Assembly (NCBI RefSeq): GCF_009914755.1 | Contig: NC_060931.1 | DNA length: 64,000 bases | Direction: 5' to 3' (one strand) | Source of the DNA: the human T2T-CHM13v2.0 reference genome, Homo sapiens | Part shown: piece after piece, positions 62,976-64,000 of the stretch | Numbering within the stretch: the first letter of the stretch is position 1 | Layout of the letters: the number at the start of each line of letters is the position of its first letter | Position numbers and translations under genes: made by a program | Notes under the pieces: generated by a model | What the model saw: the letters and a program-made list of their open reading frames with translations, nothing else | What the model was told of the DNA's origin: nothing | The model's database searches: none

Positions 62976-64000
62976 GATGGTGATTAAAATGTTCTAAAGT
63001 TGGCTGTAGTGATAATTGCACATATCTGTGAATATGTGAAACACCGCTGAATTGCACATTTTAAGTAGGTGAAGTATACGCTATAAGAATCATTTCCCAA
63101 TAAAGCTATCTAAAATTATATATGGGCTACTATCAAGAACAGTATTGCAGTAGATTCAAGAAGATTAACACAAATGCACAGATGACTAATCCATAATAGA
63201 TTATCCAGAAAAGTTAGCAAATTTGGTTTTAGTCCTTGCTTGAAAAAAATTGCTTCCCTAGAAAATATTTATTGGTGGCAGTATTCAAAGAAGACAGAGC
63301 TGAATGATCTAGTGGCCTAAATAAATATGGCACAGTTTTTATATGATAAAAAGAAAAAAAGAGATAGTTTTCAGAATTTAAGCTCCGAATTAATGAGCCT
63401 GCTCATTTTATCAAAATTTTTCTTGGTTCTTCAAGAGACAAACTATCATCTCTCTTCTGACTTTAACCGTTATTCCACTTCTGATATTACTAGCCTCTTT
63501 ATAAAACGTAAGCAGAGCTCCCTGAAACAATGCCATCTTTAATCTTGGAGGTGGCACACTGGGACCTGGATCTACCAGGGCACCACCTGGTCACCTCTGG
63601 CAGAAAGCAGCCTTCTCTAGGGCTCCTCAGAGGGCAGCCCAATTGATGCCCACAAGAAGTGATGAGTAACATCTGCTGTCTCCTGTTCTGTCTTAAAATG
63701 ATAAGAGTAGACAAGGGTGTGTTTTATCATCTGGATGTCCACAAAATCAATGTCAGCATGCAGCCACTGCCCATTACACACAATGAGCCAGGAAGCTGTT
63801 GAAGAAGCTTCTGTTCCACACAGCCAAGTTATAACAGCCCACACTCCAGAAAGCTGGGGGTGAGGAAGTCAGACAGGCAGAGCTGGAGGCTGCATCCCGA
63901 AAATCTGTCATTATAAATAATTAATATTCATGGCTAATTTACCCTTTTGGTAGCCACCAAGCTAACTATAGGATGATTCCTCTAACAATGCACATGCATT

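Overview
Primate (most likely human) nuclear DNA, AT-rich and dominated by interspersed repeats: about 30 Alu/FLAM/FAM pieces, many L1 fragments from L1PA2/3 to L1M/HAL1, L2, MIR, ERV1/ERVL/MaLR LTRs and hAT DNA transposons. There is also a Y3 RNA pseudogene. I recognise no protein-coding exon, and nearly all listed ORFs are Alu/L1/LTR by-products. The majority + orientation of L1s and three well-formed minus-strand splice-site pairs suggest an intron of a minus-strand transcript, which I cannot name. The most unusual structure is a nested stack at 32.5-40.4 kb. A + strand L1 sits inside a - strand L1 and carries a ~740 bp copy of local sequence from 24.06-24.80 kb in place of ~0.2 kb of ORF2; that copy was later hit by a younger L1. 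Repeat subfamily names come from recalled consensus sequences, not a database search, and boundaries of old elements are approximate. I found no evidence of a new multi-gene system.
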